In this document: in pieces, positions 1 through 8,759 of the stretch
Layout: each line of letters opens with the position of its first letter
Numbering within the stretch: position 1 is the stretch's first letter
Source of the DNA: Pseudomonadales bacterium
GTDB lineage: Bacteria; Pseudomonadota; Gammaproteobacteria; Pseudomonadales; Azotimanducaceae
Assembly (NCBI GenBank): GCA_038153445.1
Contig: JAYOYG010000002.1
Span: forward strand, 9,628-73,627
Direction: 5' to 3'
Length of the DNA stretch: 64,000 bases
Notes under the pieces: model-generated
Database searches by the model: none
Seen by the model: only the letters and a program-made list of their open reading frames with translations
What the model was told of the DNA's origin: nothing
Translations under genes and position numbers: made by a program

Positions 1-323
1 TCGCGGCCTGGCAGGCGGGAGCCCTCGCAGAAGACATCATGATGAACGCCGAGCAGGCGACGATGACGCTCCTGCGGCTCCTGTGGGTGCGCCTGCGGGC
101 GCGCTCGGAGATAGAAGGGCGGGTGTTGCTTGATCTTCATGTGAGTCACGATTTGACCCTTTACTTGCTCCGAGCCGTGGCCGGGGCCCTCGTCCCCTCA
201 GAGGACGCACCGGTGCGCTATCTCGATGGCCTCGCGCTCTTCGAAGCCGACGGGCAGGCTTTCCTAACGACCCATGACCTTCCGCCGAGGCCCCTGCCTT
301 GGCTGACTGAGGAGACTTACTGA
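1..323 (+). CDS. Hypothetical protein, 3' portion (frame open to the window edge)
   Basis: Frame 3 has no stop from base 3 onward, and the listed ORF is 39..323. Its TGA overlaps the next gene's ATG (TGATG at 321-325). A GAGGAG ribosome-binding site for the next gene sits in its last codons. No family recognised. Confidence 0.35.
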   Translation, partial: AAWQAGALAEDIMMNAEQATMTLLRLLWVRLRARSEIEGRVLLDLHVSHDLTLYLLRAVAGALVPSEDAPVRYLDGLALFEADGQAFLTTHDLPPRPLPWLTEETY

Positions 324-1159
324 TGGCCGATCCGAGCCTCTATCGCCCGAAGCCCCCGCAGGACAGCGCCTATGAAACCTTCACCGTGGAGCATCGGGGT
401 GGCGCCCACTGGGTCACCCTAAATCGCCCGGAAAGTCTGAATGCCATGAGCCGCACCATGATGCTCGAGCTTCAGCACTACTTCGGAGAGCTCTACACCC
501 GTCCCGAGATCCGCGCCGTCGTGCTCCGGGGCGCGGGGAAGGCCTTCTGCGCGGGGCTCGATCTTAAGGAGCGGCGGGAGCCCGGGGAGGGCGGTCCCGT
601 GAACGGGCTGCGGGTGCAGCGTCGGGTATCGGAAATCGTCATGCGCATGCGCCGGGCGCCCCAGCCCATCATTTCCCTGATTCACGGCGCCGCGAGCGGG
701 GGCGGTTTTGCCCTGGCCCTCGCTTCCGATATCCGCTTGGCGGGCCCCCGGGCGCGCATGAACGCCGCGTTTATTCGCATTGGGCTCACGGCCTGTGACG
801 TAGGCGTCTCCTATTTCCTCCCCCGGCTTGTGGGGAGCGCGCTGGCTTCGGAGCTGCTGCTTACCGGCGCCTTCATCGATGCAGAGCGGGCGCTTAAGGT
901 GGGCCTGGTATCCGACGTGGTCCCGGAGGCCGATCTTGAGGCTCGGGGCCAGGCCATGGTTGACGCGATCCTGGCGAACTCGCCCCTGGGGGTGCGGCTC
1001 ACGAAGGAGGCGCTGAACATGAATATCGACGCTCAAAGCCTCGAGGCCGCCATTGCCTTGGAGGATCGGCAGCAAATCCTCTGCGCCCAAACCGACGATA
1101 TGCGGGAGGGCATCGGTGCCTTCCTGGAAAAACGCGATCCCGCTTACCAAGACGCCTAA
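323..1159 (+). CDS. Enoyl-CoA hydratase/isomerase (crotonase) family protein
   Basis: 278 aa. Crotonase-fold motifs VVLRGAGKAFCAGLDL and LIHGAASGGGFALALASD (oxyanion-hole region). Ends with the typical GIGAFLEKRDP motif. Confidence 0.9.
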   Translation: MADPSLYRPKPPQDSAYETFTVEHRGGAHWVTLNRPESLNAMSRTMMLELQHYFGELYTRPEIRAVVLRGAGKAFCAGLDLKERREPGEGGPVNGLRVQRRVSEIVMRMRRAPQPIISLIHGAASGGGFALALASDIRLAGPRARMNAAFIRIGLTACDVGVSYFLPRLVGSALASELLLTGAFIDAERALKVGLVSDVVPEADLEARGQAMVDAILANSPLGVRLTKEALNMNIDAQSLEAAIALEDRQQILCAQTDDMREGIGAFLEKRDPAYQDA

Positions 1160-1170
1160 GGACTGTACTG

Positions 1171-2247
1171 ATGACCGATGCTCATGAGCCCCTCGCTCTT
1201 CCCCGCGGCCCCGCCATGCCTAACCGGCTCATGCTGGCGCCCCTCACCAATCTCCAGAGCCATGCCGATGGGACGCTCTCCGATGACGAGTTCACCTGGC
1301 TGGCGAAGCGGGCCGAGGGGGGCTTTGGGCTCACCATGACCTGCGCGGCCCACGTTCAGGCCATCGGCCAGGGCTTTCCTGGGCAGCTAGGCATCTTCTC
1401 CGACGATCACCTGCCGGGGCTGACGCGCCTCGCCGCCGCGCTGAACGCCCAGGGCGGGCTGTCCTCCGTGCAGCTGCACCATGCGGGCATGCGGTCCCCA
1501 GCGGAGCTGATTGGGGAAGCGCCGGTGAGCGCGTCGCCGCAGGAGGAGTTTGGGGCCCGAGCCCTGACGGAAGACGAAGTGGAAACCATGATTGAGGCCT
1601 TTATTCGCGGCGCCGAGCGCGCAGAAGAGGCAGGTTTTCACGGCGTGGAGCTCCATGGCGCCCACGGCTATCTGCTCTGTCAGTTCTTAAGCGCGGAGAC
1701 GAACCGGCGAGACGACCGCTTCGGGGGCAGCCTTGAGAACCGCATGGCGCCCCTGCAGCGCATTATCGATGGCATCCGCGCGCGCTGCGGCGCCGCGTTC
1801 CAGCTTGGGGTTCGTTTGTCCCCGGAGCGCTTTGGCATGACCCTGGAGGATGCCACGGAGATTGCCCGGCGCCTGCTGGCGGAGGGGAAGATCGATTATC
1901 TCGATTTGTCCCTTTGGGATATCCGAAAGGACGCCCTCGATGCCCCGGAAACGCCCCTCATTGCACCCTTTATGGCGCTGCCTCGAGGGAACGTTGCCGT
2001 GGGCGTGGCGGGGAAGATCAACAGCGGCGAGGACGTGCGTTTTGCCTTCGAGCAGGGCGCTGACTTCGTGCTGCTCGGGCGCGCGGCCATTCTCCATCAC
2101 GATTTCCCCAAGCGCCTCGCGGCCGATGGGAACTTCCAGGCGGCGACGCTGCCCGTGACCCGAGCGCACCTCGTAGCCGAGGGGCTCGGGCCCAAGTTCG
2201 TCGATTACATGGCCACCTGGAAGGGCTTCGTGTCCGAAGACGGTTAA
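1171..2247 (+). CDS. NADH:flavin oxidoreductase, Old Yellow Enzyme family
   Basis: 358 aa. OYE-type motifs GFHGVELHGAHGYLLCQFLS and TNRRDDRFGGSLENR. Confidence 0.9.
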   Translation: MTDAHEPLALPRGPAMPNRLMLAPLTNLQSHADGTLSDDEFTWLAKRAEGGFGLTMTCAAHVQAIGQGFPGQLGIFSDDHLPGLTRLAAALNAQGGLSSVQLHHAGMRSPAELIGEAPVSASPQEEFGARALTEDEVETMIEAFIRGAERAEEAGFHGVELHGAHGYLLCQFLSAETNRRDDRFGGSLENRMAPLQRIIDGIRARCGAAFQLGVRLSPERFGMTLEDATEIARRLLAEGKIDYLDLSLWDIRKDALDAPETPLIAPFMALPRGNVAVGVAGKINSGEDVRFAFEQGADFVLLGRAAILHHDFPKRLAADGNFQAATLPVTRAHLVAEGLGPKFVDYMATWKGFVSEDG

Positions 2248-2254
2248 GGGTGAC

Positions 2255-3121
2255 CTAGGGCTCCGCGCCTTCCCGCATGGGGAGGCTCGGGTCCGCGACC
2301 CATTCGCTCATGGAACCGTCGTAGACCGCCACCTTCTCGTGGCCCAGAGCCACGAGGGCGAAGGCGTCGCAGGTGGCCGAGATGCCCCCACCGCAGTAGC
2401 AGATCACTTCTTGATCGAAGGCCTTCACCGTCTCGAAGGCGCCCTTTAGGGTTGCTGCATCGGCGAACTCCAGGGCGGGCCCCTGGAAGAGGGCGGCGAA
2501 GGGCACGTTGACGGACCCCGTGATGTGGCCCCGGCGGCCGTAGTTAGCCCCGCCGTCTCCGCGGTACACCTCCGGCGCAAGCGCGTTGATGGTGCAGATG
2601 CCCTGGGCGTCGATCGCCGCCAACACTGCGTCTTGATCGGCCCAAAGCGCTGGCGTCGGCGCGATGGTCAGCGTGCCCGGGGCGTAGCGTTCCTGCCCCA
2701 TGGCCAGGGGCGCACCCGCGGCTTTCCAGGCAGCCAGGCCGCCGTCGAGCACCTTGGCCGAAACCCCAAGGGCCCGGAGCATCCACCATACCCGGGTGGC
2801 CCACATGGGATGGCCGCTGCTGTAGAGCACGATCTCCGCGCCATCCACCACCCCTTCGGCAGCGAAGGCTGCCCCCAGAGCCTCGTCATCTAGACGGGTG
2901 AAGCGGTGCGGGGCGTCGTTGTCTGAGAGCGTGCCCTGAAGGTCTAGAAAGGCGGCGCCGGGAATGTGGCCCGCCTCGTAGTCCGCGAGGCCACTTTCGA
3001 CCCGGTAGGCCCGGGGTGGGTCCGGGCGTAGGTGAACGGTGCAGTCAAAAATGCGCGGAGCGTTGCCGGCCGTTTGAAGCTCGGCAACGGTGATGAGCTG
3101 GGTAGGTGCTTGCAGTGCCAT
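2255..3121 (-). CDS. Sulfurtransferase with two rhodanese domains (SseA/thiosulfate sulfurtransferase-like)
   Basis: Listed ORF is 2255..3403. I trimmed it to the internal ATG (MALQAPTQLITV) at 3119-3121, which is preceded by GGGGAGAA. The upstream extension is Arg/Pro/Cys-rich junk. Motifs: HIPGAAFLD and active-site loop CYCGGGISA. Confidence 0.8.
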   Translation of the reverse strand: MALQAPTQLITVAELQTAGNAPRIFDCTVHLRPDPPRAYRVESGLADYEAGHIPGAAFLDLQGTLSDNDAPHRFTRLDDEALGAAFAAEGVVDGAEIVLYSSGHPMWATRVWWMLRALGVSAKVLDGGLAAWKAAGAPLAMGQERYAPGTLTIAPTPALWADQDAVLAAIDAQGICTINALAPEVYRGDGGANYGRRGHITGSVNVPFAALFQGPALEFADAATLKGAFETVKAFDQEVICYCGGGISATCDAFALVALGHEKVAVYDGSMSEWVADPSLPMREGAEP

Positions 3122-3140
3122 GGTGTTTTCTCCCCGGTGC

Positions 3141-4424
3141 TTAGGCCCAGAGGGCCCGTTCCTCGGCCACGGCCTCAAGGGCGCGGCGAATGTGATCGTC
3201 CGTGTTGTACACGTGGGGGGACAGGCGCAGGCCCCCGGTGGGTGCGGCAATGAGGCCGTGCTTCTCATAAAGCGCCTGGAACAACGCCCGACGGTTGGGG
3301 CCCGGCACGGAAACGATGCACACCCCAGCGCTGAAGCGGTCCGCCTCGGGGGTGAGGACCGGGGCTCCGAGGTCCCGGAGCCCGTCCTTAAGGGTGCGGA
3401 CATGAGCCTTTAGCTGCGCTTCGATGGCCTTGGGGCCGAGCGTGCGATGGAGTGCCGCAGCTTCCACCATGGCGCCGAGGGCTGCGTCGTCGCGCTGCCC
3501 GAGGGATTCAAACTTTCGCGCGCCCACGGGGTCTGGGTCTGCGTCGTCCCCCCAGCCCGGCGCGACCACCGACGGCCAGAGGCTTTGAATACGGTCTTCT
3601 CGCACCCAAAGGATGCCGACCTCCTTGGGCCCCATGAACCACTTGTGCGCGCTCCCGCTATAGCTATGGGCGCCGCTCGCCTCAAGGTCCACTGCCAGGG
3701 CCCCAAAGCTTTGGGCCCCATCTACGTGAAAGTGGGGGACGCCCCGGGCGGCAAGGCGCGCGCCGATCACGGGAAGGGGAAGGGCCAGACCGCTGACATT
3801 GGAGACATGGCTCAGGGCCACCACCCGTGTGCGCGGGGTTAGGGCCGCCTCCAAGGGCGCGAGGAGTTCCTCTTCGTCCGAGGGATTGGCCGGGAAGGCG
3901 ATGATTTTCAGGGCGAAGCCGTGGCGCGCAGCCCGCACCTTCCAGGCCACGAGGTTCGTGGGATGGTTTTGGTCCCAGAGCACCACCTCATCGCCGGGGC
4001 CCAGATCGAGGCCCGCATTGACGATGTTGTTGGCTTCGCTCGTGTTCCGGACCAGGGCTAGGTGATCGGCTTTCGCGCCGAGCAGGGCCGCGACGGCGCG
4101 TCTCGCATCCTCCCGTAGGGCTTCGATGGGGCCCCGGTTTTGGAAGGAGCAATCGGCGTCGATGGCTGCTCCTAGGGCCTGCTGGCGCTGGGTAACGCGA
4201 AGCGGGGCGGGGCAGAGATTGGCCGCATTCATGGGCACGTGGCGCTCGTCGAAGGTGAAGGCTGCGCGGACCCCGCGCAGTCCCGCTTCGCCCACCCCCG
4301 CAGGGGCAAGGGTCTCTGCGCGCCCTTCCGCGCCTAGGGCTTTGTTCGCAAGCCCTCCGCTAAGCCCCGTAGCCAGGGCGCCCAGGGCGCCCCCCTTCAA
4401 AACATCGCGTCGTCGCAGCGTCAT
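3141..4424 (-). CDS. Class V aminotransferase-fold PLP enzyme (cysteine desulfurase / isopenicillin-N epimerase-like) with a twin-arginine signal peptide
   Basis: Listed ORF is 3141..4727, trimmed to the ATG at 4422-4424. The N-terminus MTLRRRDVLKGGALGALATGLSGGLANKALGAEG is a Tat-type signal. PLP-lysine motif SGSAHKWFMGPKEVG; also SHVSNVSG. Confidence 0.8.
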   Translation of the reverse strand: MTLRRRDVLKGGALGALATGLSGGLANKALGAEGRAETLAPAGVGEAGLRGVRAAFTFDERHVPMNAANLCPAPLRVTQRQQALGAAIDADCSFQNRGPIEALREDARRAVAALLGAKADHLALVRNTSEANNIVNAGLDLGPGDEVVLWDQNHPTNLVAWKVRAARHGFALKIIAFPANPSDEEELLAPLEAALTPRTRVVALSHVSNVSGLALPLPVIGARLAARGVPHFHVDGAQSFGALAVDLEASGAHSYSGSAHKWFMGPKEVGILWVREDRIQSLWPSVVAPGWGDDADPDPVGARKFESLGQRDDAALGAMVEAAALHRTLGPKAIEAQLKAHVRTLKDGLRDLGAPVLTPEADRFSAGVCIVSVPGPNRRALFQALYEKHGLIAAPTGGLRLSPHVYNTDDHIRRALEAVAEERALWA

Positions 4425-4497
4425 GCTCCCGCCTCCCCGGTGCCGGCACCCCTGTGCGCCGGTCTCGAGGAGTGTAGACCCCGCAGCGCGACCCTGC

Positions 4498-6102
4498 CTA
4501 GGCAGCGGGTTCCCGGGCCGCCCCGGGGGCGCTGGCGCCGGGAGCGGCCTCAAGGTGGTTGTTGCCCCGAGCCGTGAGGTAGGCCGCCGCGAGCCGCTCT
4601 TCCCGACGCTTTTCCGTGATCGTTGCCATATGCCAGAACTCCCCCTGGAGCCGGTCCCGGGTGATGTCGAGCAGCACATAGCCCTTGTGGAAAAGGTCGA
4701 TAAACCGCATGTGGGGGTGGGCCTCAAGGCCCTGAGCTGCCCGCGCTTCCGCGGCCTTCCGATCCGTCAGGAAGGGCGAGGTGACCGAGGGGGTGACGAA
4801 TTCGACGGCGAGGCTGCCCTTGCCGGAGCTGGCGTTGTAGGCCGCGCCGAAGGGGTCCCGGGCGACGTCCATGGCCCAGGAGGAGTGAATATCCCCGGTG
4901 AGCACGGCGACGTTATCGATGCCCCCCTCCTCAAGGACGTCGAGGAGCCGGGTGCGGGCGTGGGGGTAACCGTCCCACTGGTCCGTGTTCAGAATGGGGG
5001 TGTCGTCGTAGCCCCCAAGCTGCCCCAGCATCACCTGTTGGCCGAGGATTCGCCAGCTTACCCCGTCCCCCTTGGAGCGTTGCAACTGATCGTAAAGCCA
5101 CGCTTCCTGGGTGGGGCCGAGGAGGCTGCGCTTGGGGTCCTGAATGACAGCGAGGTCCTTAGGATTGGCCGCCTCCCGATCCCGGCCGTAGAGACGGGTA
5201 TCTAACATGGTGAGATCGAGCAGGTCTCCAAAGCGGAAGCTGCGCCAAATTTGTGCGTCCCCGGGGCTTTGCGCTTCCCGGGTGGGCAGCCACTCGTGCC
5301 AGGCCTTCACCGCCGCCCCTTTCCGGGCCGCCCAAGCCCCTTCCCCCTCGTTGTGATTCTGCGCGCCATCGCGCCAACTGTTGTTAGCGGATTCGTGGTC
5401 ATCCCAAATCACGACCATGGGGTGCTGACGGTGCAGTTCTTGCAGATCCTCGTCCGTACGATAGAGCGCGTAGCGTTCCCGATAATCGGCAAGGGTGGTG
5501 ATCTCCCGGTCCGGCGCGTGGCGCCGGCCGAGGGCGGTCCCGTCGCCGTATTCGCCGTTGCCATACTCGTAGATGTAGTCGCCGAGGTGCAGCACGAGGT
5601 CGAGGTCGTTGCGCCGGGCCATGGCGCCATAGGCATTGAAGTAGCCAAAGAGCCAGTGCGAGCAGGAGGTATAGGCGATGCGCAGACGATCGACACCGGG
5701 GCCCGGGAGGGTGCGGGTGCGGCCCAGGGGGGACGCTTCCCCAGCAGCGATGAAGCGATAATAGTAGGTGCGCCCGGGCGTCAGGCCGTCGACAATAACC
5801 TTCACGGTGTAATCGCGGCCGCCATGGGTGCTGACTTCGCCGCGCTGAAGCGGCCGTCGACCTTGCGGATCAGCGTAGAGGGTCCAGCCGACCGTAAGGG
5901 GGGCGCCGTCCTGCTGCGGGGTGGCTCGGGTCCAGAGTACGATGCTGTCCTGGCTAGGGTCCCCGGAGGCGACGCCGTGGAGGAACACCTTGCGACCAGT
6001 GTCGGCGGTGCGCGGCGCCAACGGACTCGCGCAGGCGCCCAGGAGCGGCAGGGTCAGGCTAGCGGCGGAGCTGCGGAGTAGATGACGGCGGGTGACGGCC
6101 AT
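4498..6102 (-). CDS. phoD: Alkaline phosphatase D family (PhoD), Tat-exported, possible lipoprotein
   Basis: Tat motif TRRHLLRSS followed by LLGACA. PhoD metallophosphatase motifs HLGDYIYEYG and VIWDDHE. Start placed at the second ATG (6100-6102) because AAGGGAG precedes it; the first ATG at 6120 remains possible. Confidence 0.85.
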   Translation of the reverse strand: MAVTRRHLLRSSAASLTLPLLGACASPLAPRTADTGRKVFLHGVASGDPSQDSIVLWTRATPQQDGAPLTVGWTLYADPQGRRPLQRGEVSTHGGRDYTVKVIVDGLTPGRTYYYRFIAAGEASPLGRTRTLPGPGVDRLRIAYTSCSHWLFGYFNAYGAMARRNDLDLVLHLGDYIYEYGNGEYGDGTALGRRHAPDREITTLADYRERYALYRTDEDLQELHRQHPMVVIWDDHESANNSWRDGAQNHNEGEGAWAARKGAAVKAWHEWLPTREAQSPGDAQIWRSFRFGDLLDLTMLDTRLYGRDREAANPKDLAVIQDPKRSLLGPTQEAWLYDQLQRSKGDGVSWRILGQQVMLGQLGGYDDTPILNTDQWDGYPHARTRLLDVLEEGGIDNVAVLTGDIHSSWAMDVARDPFGAAYNASSGKGSLAVEFVTPSVTSPFLTDRKAAEARAAQGLEAHPHMRFIDLFHKGYVLLDITRDRLQGEFWHMATITEKRREERLAAAYLTARGNNHLEAAPGASAPGAAREPAA

Positions 6103-6175
6103 GGAGTGCACTCCCTTCATGGGGATCGGAAATCTTGGGTGAGACGAAGTATGCCGGGAAATTCCTGGGGCGTGG

Positions 6176-6193
6176 ATGACCGTCCCGTGACAG
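6176..6193 (-). promoter_or_regulatory. Candidate Pho box (PhoB binding site) upstream of phoD
   Basis: The minus strand reads CTGTCAC-GGGA-CGGTCAT. These are two 7-bp direct repeats, each 6/7 to the E. coli CTGTCAT consensus, with the canonical 4-bp spacer. It lies 55-73 nt upstream of the phoD start candidates, within the 101-bp divergent region shared with the ATP-grasp operon. Confidence 0.4.
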
Positions 6194-6221
6194 TACGGAG
6201 CGAGAAGGGGCCGGTGCGCGC

Positions 6222-8759
6222 ATGAACGCGCTCGATCGCCCGGGACCGAGCGTGCTCCACAGCGCCTATGGCGCGGAGATGGGCGCCTTTGACGAATTGC
6301 TTGGGGAGGACGGGGCGCCCCGGCCCCATTGGGCGCGACTGCTCCACGCCTTTGGACAGCTGGGGCCAGAGGACCTTGAACAGCGGCGCCGCGATGCCCG
6401 GCGACTGTTTAGGGAAAACGGCCTGACCTTCAGCGCGGGTCCGGGGGCGGCCAGCCGTCCCTATGATCTCGACCCCATTCCCCACCTTGTGCCGCCGGAC
6501 GCCTGGGCCGTGCTCGAAAGCGGCCTGCGGCAGCGTGCCCAGCTCCTCGATGCGGTGCTCCAGGACCTCTACGGCCCTCGCCATCTGCTGCGCCAGGGGG
6601 TGCTTCCTGCGGATCTTATTTACCGGCACCGGGGCTATCTTCAGGGCCTCGTAGGGGCTGGCGGCATGGAGCAGGCCCTGGCCTTCTACGGCGCTGATGT
6701 GGTGCGCCGGGGCGACGGATCCTTCGCCGTGCTGGGGGATCGTACCCAGGCGCCCGCAGGGGTGGGGCTCGCCCTGGAAACGCGTATTGTCACTTCGCGC
6801 ATCCTCCCGAACCTGATTCGGGCCAGCCATGTGCATCGCCTAGCCAGCTTCTTTGAACATCTTCGCGGCGCCGTGGTGGACCTGGCTCCGCATCAGCGGT
6901 TGCGTCCGCGCATTGCGGTGCTCGCCTCAGGAATTAGCGATCCCCACTATTTTGACCACGCGTACCTGGCGAGCTATCTCGGCTTTCCCTTGCTCCAGGC
7001 CGGGGATCTCACGGTTCGGGAGGGCCGGGTCTGGCTGCGCACTATCGGTGGGCTGAAGCTCCTCGATGTGGTGCTCCGTCGAACCGGTGATCACGACAGC
7101 GATGCCCTTCTCGTTCTCGATGGGGAAACGGGGGTTCCGGGGCTAGGGGAAGCGGCCCTTCGAGGGGAGGTGGCGCTAGCGAATGGGCTTGGGGTGTCGA
7201 TCCTTGAGCACCCAGGGCTTATGCCCTACCTGCCTCAGCTCGCTCGCCAGGTCCTTGGGGAAGATTTGAAGCTCCCGTCCGTGGAAACCTGGTGGTGCGG
7301 GAACGCCCAGGCGCGGCAGCACGTATTGGCGAACCTTGAATCGATGGTGATCAAGCCCATCGATCGCAGTGGACAAGCCCTCTGGGGCGGGGCCCTCTCC
7401 GCCGAGGCCCGGGATACCCTTCGGCGGCAAATTAAAGCGGACCCGGAGACCTTCGTGGGGCAGCCCGCGGCCTTGGAGGGGACGGCTGCGACCCTGGTGG
7501 ACGGGCAGCTTCGTCCCCAGGCCGTGCTCACTCGCTTCTTCGCCACCCGCCAGGGGCGGGACTTTGAGGTGATGACCGGCGGCTTTACCCGGGTGGCGGG
7601 GCCTCGGGGCGGGCCCCTGGCGCTGGGCAGCGAGCTCCGCGGCCTGTGTAAGGACACCTGGGTGCTGGCCGACGAGACGGAGCGTCATTTGATTCGCTGG
7701 CCCCGGGCCGTCCCAGAGGTGGGGCCGGGGGCTCCGGAGCAGCTTCCTAGCCGGGTCGCCGATAATTTGTATTGGGTAGGGCGCTATGCAGAGCGGGCCG
7801 AGGGGCTCGCGCGCATGGCCCGGGCCGTGCTGCGCCACGCCCGGGAGGTTCGGGATTACGGCGACCCTGCCGATGCCGTTGCCCTTGCGCGCCTCATCGA
7901 CGGCTTCTGCGCCCTCGCCGGGGTAGCCTCCGATAGCTTCCCCCACCGGGATGAGGTGCTGCTCACCCTCCTGCTTGATGAACAGCAACCGGGCAGCCTG
8001 CCCCAAACCCTTCAGCGCCTAGGGCAAGCGGCGGAGCAATTGAAGGACCGCTGGGCTCCGGACGCCAGCCGCGTGCTCGATGAGATTGGGCAGCGCCTCG
8101 CGCAAGCCCAGGGGCTGTCCCCCCAGGCCCTCGGAGCCGTCGAGGAGGCCCTCGATCCCTTGATTACGGCGCTTTTGACCTTCTCCGGGTTGAGCCTGGA
8201 GAGCATGACCCGGGAGCAGGGGTGGCGCTTTTTGATGATCGGGCGGCGCCTCGAACGGGCCCAGGGGACGGCCACGCTGCTGCTGGAAACCCTTGCCGAG
8301 GCCTCCGATAGTGCAGCGGAGCCTCTCCTTCTCGAGAGCTTGCTCCGGGCTCACGACAGCGTGATGACGCACCGGCGTCGCTATCGGGCGCTTCTTGATC
8401 CCGCCTCGTTCCTCGAGGTGCTTCTGCTCGATGAGCAAAACCCCCGGAGCGTGGCCTTCCAGCTCCTCGAGCTCGAAGCCCTGCTTCAAGCCTTGCCCCG
8501 GAGCGGCCCAGGCCTTGCCCCGGAGCAGCGGGCTCTTTTGGAGGTCCGCACCGCCCTGCGTCTTGCCGAAGCGGAGGCCCTGGCGGCTCAGCCCGTCACC
8601 GGTGGGTCCGAATCGCGGCAGCGGCGGGCCCTGCAAAGCCTGCTCTGGACCTTGCTCACGGGGCTTTCTCAAACCAGCAGCGCCTTGGACGATGCCTATT
8701 TCCTTCACCTGGAGGCCGCTCGACCCATGGCACTCCGGGGTCAGGGGGGCAGGGCATGA
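6222..8759 (+). CDS. Fusion protein: circularly permuted ATP-grasp (type 2) domain plus C-terminal alpha-E domain
   Basis: 845 aa. The N-terminal ~495 aa is collinear with the stand-alone ATP-grasp at 9660..11111 (shared motifs such as HYFDHAYLASYLG / AYFEHAYLAQQMG and GG.TRVA). From about nt 7745 the segment LPSRVADNLYWVGRYAERAE matches the start of the alpha-E protein at 11111 (LARVAENMYWMARYLERAE). Confidence 0.8.
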   Translation: MNALDRPGPSVLHSAYGAEMGAFDELLGEDGAPRPHWARLLHAFGQLGPEDLEQRRRDARRLFRENGLTFSAGPGAASRPYDLDPIPHLVPPDAWAVLESGLRQRAQLLDAVLQDLYGPRHLLRQGVLPADLIYRHRGYLQGLVGAGGMEQALAFYGADVVRRGDGSFAVLGDRTQAPAGVGLALETRIVTSRILPNLIRASHVHRLASFFEHLRGAVVDLAPHQRLRPRIAVLASGISDPHYFDHAYLASYLGFPLLQAGDLTVREGRVWLRTIGGLKLLDVVLRRTGDHDSDALLVLDGETGVPGLGEAALRGEVALANGLGVSILEHPGLMPYLPQLARQVLGEDLKLPSVETWWCGNAQARQHVLANLESMVIKPIDRSGQALWGGALSAEARDTLRRQIKADPETFVGQPAALEGTAATLVDGQLRPQAVLTRFFATRQGRDFEVMTGGFTRVAGPRGGPLALGSELRGLCKDTWVLADETERHLIRWPRAVPEVGPGAPEQLPSRVADNLYWVGRYAERAEGLARMARAVLRHAREVRDYGDPADAVALARLIDGFCALAGVASDSFPHRDEVLLTLLLDEQQPGSLPQTLQRLGQAAEQLKDRWAPDASRVLDEIGQRLAQAQGLSPQALGAVEEALDPLITALLTFSGLSLESMTREQGWRFLMIGRRLERAQGTATLLLETLAEASDSAAEPLLLESLLRAHDSVMTHRRRYRALLDPASFLEVLLLDEQNPRSVAFQLLELEALLQALPRSGPGLAPEQRALLEVRTALRLAEAEALAAQPVTGGSESRQRRALQSLLWTLLTGLSQTSSALDDAYFLHLEAARPMALRGQGGRA

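Noticed and set aside
3122-3403. Long N-terminal extensions in the ORF track, e.g. 2255..3403, 3141..4727, 12067..13794, 30526..31407, 46251..47192, 56511..57494, 60125..61585 and 61271..62467.
   Set aside because: The extensions overlap neighbouring genes and look non-protein-like. Internal starts give canonical N-termini (signal peptides, family-typical first residues) preceded by Shine-Dalgarno-like sequences. I trimmed them accordingly.
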